A stretch of 64,000 bases of DNA from a bacterium (lineage in GTDB: Bacteria > UBA8248). The translations under genes were made by a program, and so were the position numbers. The DNA lies in assembly GCA_965200245.1 (NCBI GenBank), contig CBDATS010000005.1, positions 544,001 to 608,000 on the forward strand, given 5' to 3'. This document shows, one piece after another, positions 1 to 10,816 of the stretch (position 1 is its first letter; each line of letters begins with the position of its first letter). The notes beneath the pieces are model-generated. The model saw nothing but the letters and a program-made list of their open reading frames with translations. It was not told the DNA's origin and ran no database searches.

Positions 1-144
1 GGCGCCGTTCTCGGCAGTATCGTGGTCGGCTTTATCGAAAACTTCGGGACCGCGCTGTTTCCCGAACTCTCCTATTTTGCGCTCTTCGCACCCATGGCCA
101 TCATTCTGGCGATCAAGCCGACCGGCCTGTTCGGAAAGGGCTAG
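1..144 (+). CDS. livH: Branched-chain amino acid ABC permease, C-terminal part (truncated by window edge)
   Basis: Frame 1 reads GAVLGSIVVGFIENFGTALFPELSYFALFAPMAIILAIKPTGLFGKG*, with the LivH-type 'PTGLFG' end; lies directly upstream of livM. Confidence 0.85.
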   Translation, partial: GAVLGSIVVGFIENFGTALFPELSYFALFAPMAIILAIKPTGLFGKG

Positions 145-147
145 GCC

Positions 148-1173
148 TTGGCAGAAAACACGGCGGAAAAAAGAAGGGTACTTATAGTCCTGTGCGTCTT
201 CGTCGCTCTGGGAGTCGTCACGCCGTTTCTAGACCTCTTCATGCAGAGTCTGGTGACGGAGATTCTCGTCTTCGGCATCCTAGCCATGAGTCTCGATCTC
301 CTTTTGGGCTTCACCGGTCTGGCATCTCTCGGGCACGCCGCCTATTTCGGCGTCGCCTCCTACACCACGGCCATCATCATGACCAAGGAAGACTGGACAT
401 GGACCTTCGCCGCTTTCCAGTGGGCGGACTCGCTGGGGCTCGGCCTTTTCTACATCTTTATATTCGGGCTGGTCGTGGCGCTGGCCTTCGCCGCATTCTT
501 CGGGTTTCTGGCGATACGCGCCGTGGGCGTGTATTTTCTGATGATCACCCTCTCCCTCGCCATGGTCATCTGGGGTCTGGCGTACCGCTGGAGCGCCGTG
601 ACGGAAGGCGACAACGGCATCAACGTCTTGGGTAGGCCGTCCCTGTTCGGCATTTCGCTGGAATCAGAAATCCCGTTCTTCTACTTCACGCTCGCGGTGT
701 TTCTCATTTGCCTGGGGCTGATGTACCTGTTCGTGAGAAGCCCTTTCGGAAAAACGCTGGTCGGCATCAGGGAGCGCGAGGCGCGCATGGAAATGCTCGG
801 CTACAACGTCTGGCTGCACAAATACCTCGCGTTCATTTTCGCGGGCGTATTCAGCGGCGTATCGGGCGTGATGTGGACGTTGTTCAACCTTTTTGTGAGT
901 CCGCCGGACATCGAACTCATCACTTCGGCCGAGGCACTCTTCATGGTGGCTCTGGGTGGACCTGCCACCTTGATCGGCCCGGTGATCGGCTCGGCCATCA
1001 TCCGCTCGCTACAGCAGTTCATCAGTATCTACGTGGAGCGCTGGCCGCTGATCCTGGGCGCCATCTACATCACCACTATCATGCTGGGACGCCTGTACGG
1101 CGTCGAGGGGATACTCGGATTGTTCAGCAAGTTCCGTAAACCCGCCGCCCCGCCAGAAACCCAGGAGGGTTGA
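148..1173 (+). CDS. livM: Branched-chain amino acid ABC permease
   Basis: Hydrophobic protein with 'GFTGLASLGHAAYFG', 'GVYFLMITL' and 'SPFGKTLVGIRERE' LivM-type motifs. Confidence 0.9.
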   Translation: MAENTAEKRRVLIVLCVFVALGVVTPFLDLFMQSLVTEILVFGILAMSLDLLLGFTGLASLGHAAYFGVASYTTAIIMTKEDWTWTFAAFQWADSLGLGLFYIFIFGLVVALAFAAFFGFLAIRAVGVYFLMITLSLAMVIWGLAYRWSAVTEGDNGINVLGRPSLFGISLESEIPFFYFTLAVFLICLGLMYLFVRSPFGKTLVGIREREARMEMLGYNVWLHKYLAFIFAGVFSGVSGVMWTLFNLFVSPPDIELITSAEALFMVALGGPATLIGPVIGSAIIRSLQQFISIYVERWPLILGAIYITTIMLGRLYGVEGILGLFSKFRKPAAPPETQEG

Positions 1174-1226
1174 GGATGGCGCGGCACCGCGTTTCTTTAT
1201 CGAGACGAAATCAGGGAGGATAAAAG

Positions 1227-2480
1227 ATGAAACGAAAACTCATCACCATCATTGCAGCACTCGGTATCGTCTTTCCCGCAGGACTCGGCAGTGCCCAGGC
1301 CGCCGAAGTGCGCATCGGGTTCATCGCGCCGATGACGGGCATCTTCGCTCAGATCGGCAAGGACATGAGCAACGGCTTCAAGATGTACCTGGCGCACACG
1401 AAGAACAAGATGGGTCCCCTGGACGTCAAGTTCATCCTCGAGGACTCCACCGGCAAACCGGCCGTGAACGTGCGCAAGGCGCTCAAGCTTATCAAGCGCG
1501 ACAAGGTACACATGTTCATCGGAGGCCTGCTCGCCAGCACCGGGTATGCACTCGCGCCAGTGTCCAACCGGTTCAAGGTACCCTACATCTCACCCGTGCC
1601 GGCGGCGGACGACCTGACCCAGCGCAAGCTCTTCAAGTACTTCCTGCGAAGCGGCTTCACGAGCAGTCAGAACAGCCACCCCCTCGCCGAGTGGGCCTAC
1701 GACCAAGGCTATCGCCGCGTGGTCACCATCGGCGCGGACTACGCGTTCGGCTACGAGACCATAGGTGGCTTTCACAAGGCCTTCGAGGCACGCGGCGGCA
1801 AGATCATCAAGAAGATATGGGCGAAACTAGGCACAAAGGACTTCGGCCCCTATCTGCCGCAAGTCCCCAAGGACGCCGATGCCATCTTCACACTGATGGT
1901 CGGCCCTATGTCCCTGGCTTTCCCGAAGCAGTTCCGCGCCGCGGGGTTCAAGATGCCAATGCTCGGCGGCGTGACGAGCGCGGATGAGTTTATCCTTCCC
2001 AGCATGGGCGATGAGGCGCTCGGCTACGTGACAGCTTCGCAGTACAGCGCCGCTCTCACCACGGACAAGAACAAGGCGTTCGTCAAGGAATATCAGCAGC
2101 GCTACGGGAAAATGGCCTCCTACTACTCGGAGACCTGCTACACCACGGGCCAGTGGATAGACCTTACGCTCAAGAAGATCGGCTACAAGCCGGACAACAC
2201 CGATGCGTTCCTCAAGGCGTTCAAGACCATCCGCATCAACGCCATCAGGGGGCCGCTGTATCTGGACGCATACGGAAACCCGGTGCAGAATAGCTATATC
2301 CGCCGGGTAGCCCGCATGAAAGGCGACCACATGGGTCTGGGCGTGAAACCCAACTCGCTGTGGAACATCGTGATAAAGACCTACCCCGCCGTGGGTCAGT
2401 TCTGGAAGTGGCCGGCAAAGGACTTCCTGAAAGACCCTGTGTATAGCAAGAAGTTTCCACCGTGTCCGCATTGTAAGTAA
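1227..2480 (+). CDS. ABC transporter substrate-binding protein (LivK/Peripla_BP_6 family)
   Basis: Signal peptide, 'IGFIAPMTG' and 'DYAFGYE' motifs; operon context. Confidence 0.9.
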   Translation: MKRKLITIIAALGIVFPAGLGSAQAAEVRIGFIAPMTGIFAQIGKDMSNGFKMYLAHTKNKMGPLDVKFILEDSTGKPAVNVRKALKLIKRDKVHMFIGGLLASTGYALAPVSNRFKVPYISPVPAADDLTQRKLFKYFLRSGFTSSQNSHPLAEWAYDQGYRRVVTIGADYAFGYETIGGFHKAFEARGGKIIKKIWAKLGTKDFGPYLPQVPKDADAIFTLMVGPMSLAFPKQFRAAGFKMPMLGGVTSADEFILPSMGDEALGYVTASQYSAALTTDKNKAFVKEYQQRYGKMASYYSETCYTTGQWIDLTLKKIGYKPDNTDAFLKAFKTIRINAIRGPLYLDAYGNPVQNSYIRRVARMKGDHMGLGVKPNSLWNIVIKTYPAVGQFWKWPAKDFLKDPVYSKKFPPCPHCK

Positions 2481-2491
2481 GTTGCAATTCA

Positions 2492-2523
2492 CCGCCGTCC
2501 GGGTTTTACGGCCCGGGCGGCGG
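2492..2523 (+). other. GC-rich intercistronic hairpin after the binding-protein gene (mRNA stabiliser or attenuator)
   Basis: ccgccgtccggg-N8-cccgggcggcgg inverted repeat with no U-tract. Confidence 0.55.
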
Positions 2524-2558
2524 ATTCGTGCCGGGACCTCCAGAGGAGCATTCGAGTT

Positions 2559-3314
2559 TTGTCGAACGGGCAACCAGGGCTGGAACTGGATGGTGTAACA
2601 AAGCATTTCGGCGGCCTTCACGCCGTCGAGGATGCAAACCTGCTCCTGAACCTCGGCGAGCGGCGGGGAATCCTGGGACCGAACGGTGCGGGCAAAACCA
2701 CGCTGTTTCACCTGATTACGGGGGTGCTTCCACTCACCTCGGGCCGCATCCGCCTGTTCGGACAAGACGTATCCGACTGGCCAATCCACAAGCGCGTGGC
2801 GTTAGGGATGGCGCGTACTTTCCAGATTACCAGCCTGTTTCCCAAGCTCACCGTGCTCGACAATGTTCTTCTCGCTGTGCAGGGCTTGCGGAAGATGAAA
2901 ATGGTGATGCTAAAACCACTCTTCAAGTACAAGGACGTATACGAAAAGGCCGAAAAGCTGCTCAGCGACGTGAACTTCTGGCATTTAAGGAATCATGAGG
3001 TCCGAAACCTCTCCCACGGAGAGCAGCGCCAGCTTGAGATCGTCCTGGCGCTGGCGAGTGACCCGAAAGTCTTGCTTCTTGATGAGCCCTCCGCGGGCCT
3101 GGCCACGGGTGAATCCCACGAAATGGCTGATTTCCTGAAATCGCTCGACCCCGCAATCGCCATTCTCCTCATCGAACACGATCTGGACGTCATATTCGAG
3201 GTGGTCTCCCACATCAGCGTTCTGCACTACGGCGAGGTTCTCGCCGAAGGGCCAAGCGACGACATTCGAAACGACCCCAAAGTGCAGGAAATTTACCTCG
3301 GAAAGGCGGAGTGA
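2559..3314 (+). CDS. livG: ABC transporter ATP-binding protein
   Basis: Walker A GPNGAGKTT, signature LSHGEQR, LLLDEP, IEHD, C-terminal 'VQEIYLG'. Confidence 0.9.
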   Translation: MSNGQPGLELDGVTKHFGGLHAVEDANLLLNLGERRGILGPNGAGKTTLFHLITGVLPLTSGRIRLFGQDVSDWPIHKRVALGMARTFQITSLFPKLTVLDNVLLAVQGLRKMKMVMLKPLFKYKDVYEKAEKLLSDVNFWHLRNHEVRNLSHGEQRQLEIVLALASDPKVLLLDEPSAGLATGESHEMADFLKSLDPAIAILLIEHDLDVIFEVVSHISVLHYGEVLAEGPSDDIRNDPKVQEIYLGKAE

Positions 3315-3315
3315 A

Positions 3316-4026
3316 GTGTCGACCCTGTTATCCGTGAGTGACATCCATACCTATTATGGTGACTCCTACGTCCTCCAGGGCCTGAGTATCCATGTCGACG
3401 AGGGAGAGACACTGGGCATTCTAGGCAGAAACGGCATGGGCAAGACAACACTGATTAACTCGATTATGGGTTTTGTGCCGCCCAGAAGAGGCACCATACA
3501 CTTCCGGGGCGAGGACATCACCACCGCGAACAGCTTCGACATCTCCAGGATGGGAGTTGGCCTTTGCCCGCAGGGGAGGCGCGTGTTCCCGACTCTTTCG
3601 GTGCGCGAAAACCTTCTGGTGGCTCAGCAAGAACACGACGTGGGTTATCGCTGGGATTTCAAGGAGGTCTACGAACTCTTCCCCCGCCTCGGAGAACGGG
3701 CCAATCAGCGGGCGGGTTCACTGTCGGGCGGTGAACAGCAGATGCTGGCCGTGGGCCGCGCACTGATGACCAACCCGACCTGCCTGATCCTGGATGAACC
3801 ATCCGAGGGGCTCGCACCCATGATTATCCAGGACATCGGAAATGCCATTCAGTCGCTCAAGGCCGAAGGACTCGCCGTCGTGCTTGTCGAACAGAACGCC
3901 GCCTTCGCCGTCAAGACGGTGGACAGGGTTTGCGTCATCGCGAACGGGAAGGTCGTCCATGAATCCTTGCCACAGGAATTGTGGGTGAACGAGGAAGTCA
4001 GAAGAAACCACTTGGGAATCGGCTAA
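3316..4026 (+). CDS. livF: ABC transporter ATP-binding protein
   Basis: GRNGMGKTT, 'LFPRLGER', LSGGEQQM, LVEQN. Confidence 0.9.
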   Translation: MSTLLSVSDIHTYYGDSYVLQGLSIHVDEGETLGILGRNGMGKTTLINSIMGFVPPRRGTIHFRGEDITTANSFDISRMGVGLCPQGRRVFPTLSVRENLLVAQQEHDVGYRWDFKEVYELFPRLGERANQRAGSLSGGEQQMLAVGRALMTNPTCLILDEPSEGLAPMIIQDIGNAIQSLKAEGLAVVLVEQNAAFAVKTVDRVCVIANGKVVHESLPQELWVNEEVRRNHLGIG

Positions 4027-4280
4027 AGAAAACTCCCGCGCAACGGCAACACTTCGTAATATTCTTTGGAAAATCACCTTACTCCTAGGCAGCGAAGGAG
4101 TAAGAACCTTAAACTGATATTCACCTCCACGTGGGGAATTGCTCACGCTGACTCAGGTATTGAACACTCCAGCCCTACGCTCCTTACACTTCTAGGCGAG
4201 TCGAGAAACTCTTTCATGGGAGTGATGCAGGTTCCCGTCTTCTGGGGAAAGAAACGCCCAACAAAACCCTTCTAAACTAA

Positions 4281-7200
4281 TCACCCCTTGCCAGTGCGAA
4301 CGTGATTCTCTGCGAGCAGTCGCTTTAGCACCTCGCGTCGGGCAGCGGGGCTGATGGTGTAGCGGACGCGGTCATTCTCGGGAAGGGTCTCGACCTCGTG
4401 GAAGTCATATTCCAAATCGAGATCCTGCCAGCCGTAAGCATCACGGACCGCTAGATCGAGTTCGACATGTAAGCGGCGTAATTCGAGCAAGGCAACAAAA
4501 CCAGCGGTAGCTGTATCGATGTCTTTCTTCGATACCTTGGTGATCATTTCATACGATAGCTTTTGGTCGTGAAATAAGTTGTAGACTTTGGTCAAGCCGA
4601 GCCAGAGAGACTGCATCAGCGCCTTGCGATGTGCATGGTAGATCTCCCCGAGTTCTGCCAAGGCGGAATCTGAGGTCTGCCATAGATCAGATGGCATGGC
4701 AAAGGTGGTAAAGCAGTTTGAAGGTGAATACTGCAGATCTTGTTTCAGACTCATGCTGTATTTGCGCGCCCAGACTTCGTGGAGAGTAGACTGGACTACA
4801 GTGAAAAGATCCCAGCGATCGGTAGTGAAGACATAGCAGTTGTTTAAGAATACGATATTTGTCGGCATGGGCGAGAAGTTCATATGTTTGGTTACTCGAC
4901 CGGTGGCGAAGCAATGGGGCAAGTCACGGATGTTGTCGTAAAGGCTTGAAGCCAACGCGCCAAACTGCCACCATTTCTCGCGCCGTCTCCGCATATTGTC
5001 CCTGTCGCGAATAGGCTTTACCAAAGTCAAAACGCGCTCGTATGGGTCTCGATATCTCTGCGCCCGTTCAAGCGACCAGTCACGGAAGTTTATTATACTG
5101 CGACCAAGCGCCTGTTCCGGATTGTTATTTAGTTCCTTGCCGTTAATTACTTCCATAATGACTTCGTCGTTGCGCGGGTCAAGATCACGCAGTTGATCTG
5201 CCTCGGCGCGAGTTAGCAAGAATCCCTCTCCGAGAAAAACAGAACCTTGGAATATTTGATTTTGGTTATCAGGTAGTTGGTTAGGCTCATGACTTCCTCG
5301 TCTTCCTCGAAGAAGGCATTAATCCGCATTACTGACTGGTTATCGAGCATCCTCATACCTTTCCATTCCCCCTTGTGCACAGCAAGAAGGGATACTACGA
5401 CATTGGCGGCGCCTGGCCATTTCGTGCTACGGACCGCCAAATTTATATGCCCGCCTGCGGCGACAATCTGTTCCAAACCATCCCTCCGGACATCGCCGTC
5501 GACGATGGAATTGGTAGTGATTATCGCAGCGAAACCTCTGTCGTGCAGCAATACATAAATTCGGCGAAGGAAGTAGACTGCCAATTCGCTCAGACCTCTG
5601 GGTGCATAGCGCCACTTCGCCCATTCGCAAAAGGGGTGACCATAGGTGCCACTGAGCGCTTGTCCGCCTAGGTAAGGTGGATTTCCGAGAATACAGTCGA
5701 ACCCGCCCCGCTCCATAACCTCTGGAAACTCCAGAAACCAGTGAAAAAACGCTTATCTCGGCCAATAGAGCGAGCAGCGTTGACGCTCCGTCCCACCAGG
5801 GCTGAGTGGCCACGCCAGTAGCCTCTGAATTCAGCGTCGGTGAGAACTTGTACCTCGTTGCCCGGTATCTTAGGGATAAAGAACTGCGCCACAGGGATGT
5901 TGGCGATTGTCCGCAAGATATCTGCGTTTTCTCCCTGCATGAAGTCGAGGAAAACCTCTTTTTTCGCATCGACTTCGTAGGTTGTCTCTTCGGGGAGGGC
6001 AGACAGGCTTTGCCATTCCTTTAGGACTGTGTCGAAACGACGCCGCATGTCAGGACCAAAATCCAGGATGCCTTGCGCCTGATTTTTCATATCCTCTTTG
6101 TTCTTACTCCGATATGCCGCCGCAACCCTTTTATCGCCACCGGGCAATGTCTTAAAAGCTTCCATTGGCACACCCTGTCTTAGTTCCTCACGGCGCGCGA
6201 AGCCGACGATGGCGTTGCCGCACTTGATGTGATGATCAAGGAAATTCAGAGGCTGCCCCGGAATGTGCGCCTCCAGCCACAGCACCACTTTGCACAGTTC
6301 TACGCCAGTGGATTTAAGTCGACACCGTAAATACAAATACGGATTACGTCGCGAAGGGCGGCACGGTAGGCCGGCGGTGAGGGTTGCTCTTCACCAGTAC
6401 GGATAATCGCAACTTCAGTGGCGATGCGCCGGGCGGCGGCTAGTAAGATGTGCCCCGAGCCACAGCCGATATCAGCGACTCGTAGATCGAGAAGGGCAGC
6501 TTCGGGGTTGTCATTCTTGAGTCGCTCGGTGATCAAGTGATCAAGCGAGTGGCGGATTAGAGGCTGAACTAAGTCATCGGGGGTGTAATGAGAACCTGTG
6601 GCGGCTCTTTGGTCGCCTTGGTCGAGCTCGAGCCGCAGTTCACTCCCCTCACCTACAAACTTCGGCTCGTATTCGAGTAAACCTTCGTAGACGGAGCCAA
6701 ACTCTTCGACACTAAGTGCGGCGTAATTGACACGAATAAGATGGCCGCTGTCCGGGTGCCGGTAGAGCCCAAGGGAACGAAGGCACTTGAGGAGCACACT
6801 GTTGTCAAGGGTACAGCCAGCAAGTGCGCCTAGAGCGTCGGCCGAAAAGAGGTCGCCCGCCAAGGGAGCGATACCGATCCTGGCACCTGGCCCATCTGCC
6901 TCGAAAAGTCGAAAACAAGCTTGTAACGCGAGCCAGAGGTCGTGCCTCCGGGGGTCGGCGAGGAAGCGTTTTTCAGAGAGTCGGCGCAACCGGGAAACGC
7001 TATAGTAATCGCGATAGACGTCACGTTGTTCCTTTCGCGCCTCGCCCGGGAAAACCAAGTCACGCTCTTCGATCACCATCAAAAAGAGCAAACGATAGAT
7101 GAGCCACAGGAGTTGCTGATAATAGTCAACGGGCAACAAATTATCACTGTCAGCAGCTTCGCGTAGAGCCTCGTTTTCAGGATGTGCCAGAAAACCCCTG

Positions 7201-7955
7201 CCAAAGTCGAGAATTGCCTGCTCGACTGCCTTACTGAGCCCTTCACGGATGCGTGCGCCGGAGTCGAGGGAGTCTTGATGGTATCGCTCGATCAAACTCT
7301 CGGCTGCGATGTCGTTGGTCAATGGCAGGCTGGAGGCGTGGAGCAACCGATAGAGAACAGCAAAGTCGGCGAAGAGGCCGTCAGTGAAGATGCGGTCGAG
7401 ATCGAACTCGAGATAGCTCTGTTTGACCAATCGCGAACTGTCGCGGAGCAACCGCAAAACGTGACCGTCAGTAACCAAGCCATAGAGTTGATCGTGGAGG
7501 TTGAGGAACTCCTGAACCAGAGCGTGCGCGGACATGCGGCGGGCAGCGTTGGCAGGCTTCTTATCTAGACCGGCTGGATCACGAACCCCGATGATCTGTA
7601 CCGAGGTGTTCGCCCGGTTTATCACTCGGTGGCTGATGGCGTAGTTTCGCCCATTGAGTTGGGTGCCGCGGGGCTGGTACTCCAGATCGTAGCGAAGGAG
7701 ACCCAGCAGAGGAACTATCCAAAGGTTTCGGGTCTCAGTGGTGGCGTTACTGCCTGGCTTCACCGTCTCCAGCTTCCGCTGGAAGATTCGCCAATAATCT
7801 TGCGCGTCGGCCCATGCGCGGGCGATCTCGTCTTTGACATTGGTGCCGGCGTCGAGTTCGAAATCGGATGGCCGCTGACCGGGGAGTTCCTCGACCTGCC
7901 CAAGGATATCAGGAGAGAGGATAGCTCCTTCGATGCGGATGCTCGGGTAGTTCAC
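4281..7955 (-). pseudogene. Eco57I/type IIG-like N6-adenine DNA methyltransferase (DrmMI/PglX-like), split into four fragments by frameshifts
   Basis: 'TGSHYTP', motif I 'ADIGCGSG' and motif IV 'GNPPY' lie in consecutive ORFs. Single-base deletions near 6300, 5745 and 5290 rejoin the frames as '...NPLA/VELCK', '...[12 protein letters not shown]' and '.../[16 protein letters not shown]'. Confidence 0.85.
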
Positions 7956-10816
7956 GCAGAACCCTCTGGGAGCAGGATGTATATCCCCATCATATCCATG
8001 GGCAGGACGGGATAGACTACTTGGTAACGCTGTTTATCCATCAGCGCACTGAAACGTTCGTGTGCAGCGACCAAGCGTTTGGATTGCTCCTCTGCGAGTT
8101 CGATGAACACTCCATCCAGCCGATCGAGGAGGTTCAGTTCGTTTTCAAGGAAAGCCATACGCGCTTCTGAACTCAGGTTGCTGCTGGCACAGACCTCGCA
8201 CAACAACTTATGTGCCCATTCGTGATCGAGGGACTCTCCGTCTTCTGGAGTGCCTCGCCAGCCCCAGAGTAGCATTTCCTCAGCAACAATCTGGTGGTTT
8301 CCCTTACTTTGTTCGATTACGTTTCGGCATCGGAAGAGCAGCAGTGTGGTTTTAGTCTCGACCTGCTTGGTACGGATGACAGAAGCGCGGGCCGCACGTT
8401 TACTCTCACGATTGACGGTGTTGGCCATGACCAGTTGGCATAACTGTTCAACGAAGCGGTGATTACGGCCGAGATAGTGGTAACCCTCTGGCGTAGGGGA
8501 GTCGAAGCTGATCTTGACGAGTTGTCCCTTTGGCAAAAGGCCATCTAGCTGATGTGGCAGATTGCCAGTTACGATGCCGAATCCCTGCTCCTCAGTGGTA
8601 ACTTGGACGCCGAAGAGGGCGGAGAGTGCGCCAGTCACAAAGTCCTTTACCGCGTTTGGATCGCCGATGGCCTCGTCTACGATGCGCAAGTCTTCTTCGA
8701 TCTCAGACGCCTTTATAGCGTTTTGGGCAAAGATACTGCGTGAGGCTTTTTCACGAGCGACTGCCTCGTCAATCTTCCGCGTTACACTCTCCTTGGCTTC
8801 TGCAGCCTCATCGAATTCACTGAAATCAAAGAGTGTGCCTTGTTGTGGTGTTCTGCGTGTCTGAATGCGGCGGTTGGGGTTTAAGAGCAACGACTGGGTA
8901 ATTGTGTCGATGATGCTCTGCGAATCCTCTGGAAAGGGCACGCTGATACCAGTATCTCGCCTGATTTCGCGCACCTTGCGCAGAAGTACGTCAAGCACGA
9001 TGCTATCAATAGGATTATCGGCGCCGTAAAGGGGACAGGCCTTGACCTCTGGCGCCTGCTGTCCGAAACGGTCGACTCGGCCTTCGCGCTGTTCAAGACG
9101 ATTCGGATTCCATGGCAGGTCGTAGTGGAGGACCGCGGTGAACAACTCCTGCAGGTTTATACCTTCGCTCAAACAATCGGTGGCAATAAGGATGCGAGGA
9201 TGGCTACCAGCCATCCCCTCGATACGCTGTTTACGCAGTTCGTCCGGATCCTCACTGGTGATAACTTGCAGATCCAAGTTCGGATTTTTCTTGGTCAACA
9301 GTGGGGCCAGATGCTCACCCACGTAGTTAGCGGTCGGAATGTAGCGGCAGAATACTACTGGGAAAAAACCGGACGATATCCATTCTTCAAGAACGATGGA
9401 GGCTGCGTAGAGCTTCTGATCGTCGTTGGTTCCGGCAAAGGACTCGAGCCGCTTGGAGAAACTGCGGAGTTGTCGGCGTTGATGATCAGTCCAATCTTCT
9501 AGCTCCACAACCTGGGTGGGTGCGTTATCGGTTTCCATGCCTAATTCCAGATCACCAACCGGATTGAGGTCAGGTTCCTCTTCAACGGACTCCATGTAGC
9601 CATCCTCCGTCTCCACGAGCTTATCAAGACGAGAGGCAAGCATTTTCATCCCGGTTCCTGGGCTCGACATGACGCCGCGAAGCAGGCCAAGCGCCGTCCA
9701 ATAGTGAACTCGTTTTCTCTTCTTCCCGGGGCCTTCTGACACAATCAGTTTGCGGACAAAATTCAACACGTCGTTGAATAGTTCAGCATAAGCAGATGAA
9801 ATGTCGTAGTTCCATTCGACCACATCACGGTTGGGAAAAGGCGTGTCCTCTCCCATCCACTTTTCCACGTCGGCTCGCTTACGTTGTACAAAATGTTTGG
9901 CCAAGTTGCGTCGTTCGGACTGACTGGAATTCGGCAAGTCCAGATTCATGAAGCTGGCATTCAGCAGACCCAGCAAAGAATGGAACTCCTCCGGCTTGCC
10001 ACTGTGGGGAGTCGCCGTGAGCATAATTAGGTGCTTTTCAGGTTTGTCTGCCAGATCACGAAGTAAGTGGTATCGTTGTTGTTGCGATTTGGAAGCGCCT
10101 GCGGGGAGGGCGCAGGTGTGGACTTCGTCGACGATGGCAAGTTCTGGGCATTGCTCGGTGAATACGGCACGACGACTGTCCGCTTTGATGTAGTCTATGC
10201 TGATGATCTGGTAGGGGTAGTAGTCGTATACACTTGTATCTCCTTGGATCATTCGATCCAACCTCGCCTGAGTATTGGAGCGGATGATTACAGCCTCGAT
10301 ACCGAGCTTGGCACGGAGTTCTTGCTGCCATTGGTCACAGAGGTGTGGCAAACAAATAACTGCAAAGCGCTTCACCTGGGCACGCTCAATCATTTCGCGC
10401 ACGATGAGTAGAGCCTCCACGGTCTTGCCTACACCAACGTCATCGGCGATCAGTAGCCGAACGGTGTCCTGCTGCAGAGCCATCACAAGCGGTACGATCT
10501 GATAGGCCCGGGGACGGAAGGAGAGCTTGGCCAAGGCCCGAAACGGACCAGCACCATTGCGAAAAGCCAAGCGGGCGGCGTTATAGAGAAGACGAGCCGT
10601 CGAAATGTCCCCAAGATCCTCAGAGTCGGGAGACGCAAAGTAAGCGTCTTGAGGGACATCGCCCGGTATCTCAAGCGGAAGGTATATTCCAGTAGTCTCT
10701 TCGTCGGAACCGCCCAGTGGCTTAACCATAAGCAAGTCGGGAGTCTCAGACGGCAGAACAACCCACTCGCGGCCGCGGAGTGAAACAAGTTTCCCTGGTT
10801 ATAGCGACGTACTCAT
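7952..10816 (-). pseudogene. SNF2-family helicase (DrmD-like) with a premature TAA at codon 6
   Basis: 'LIADDVGVGKT', DEVH, TATPH and 'LPWNPNRLEQREGRVDR'. The natural ATG at 10816 overlaps the upstream stop (ATGA) and reads MSTSL*PGKLVSLRGREWVVLP in frame with the 927-aa ORF. Confidence 0.8.
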
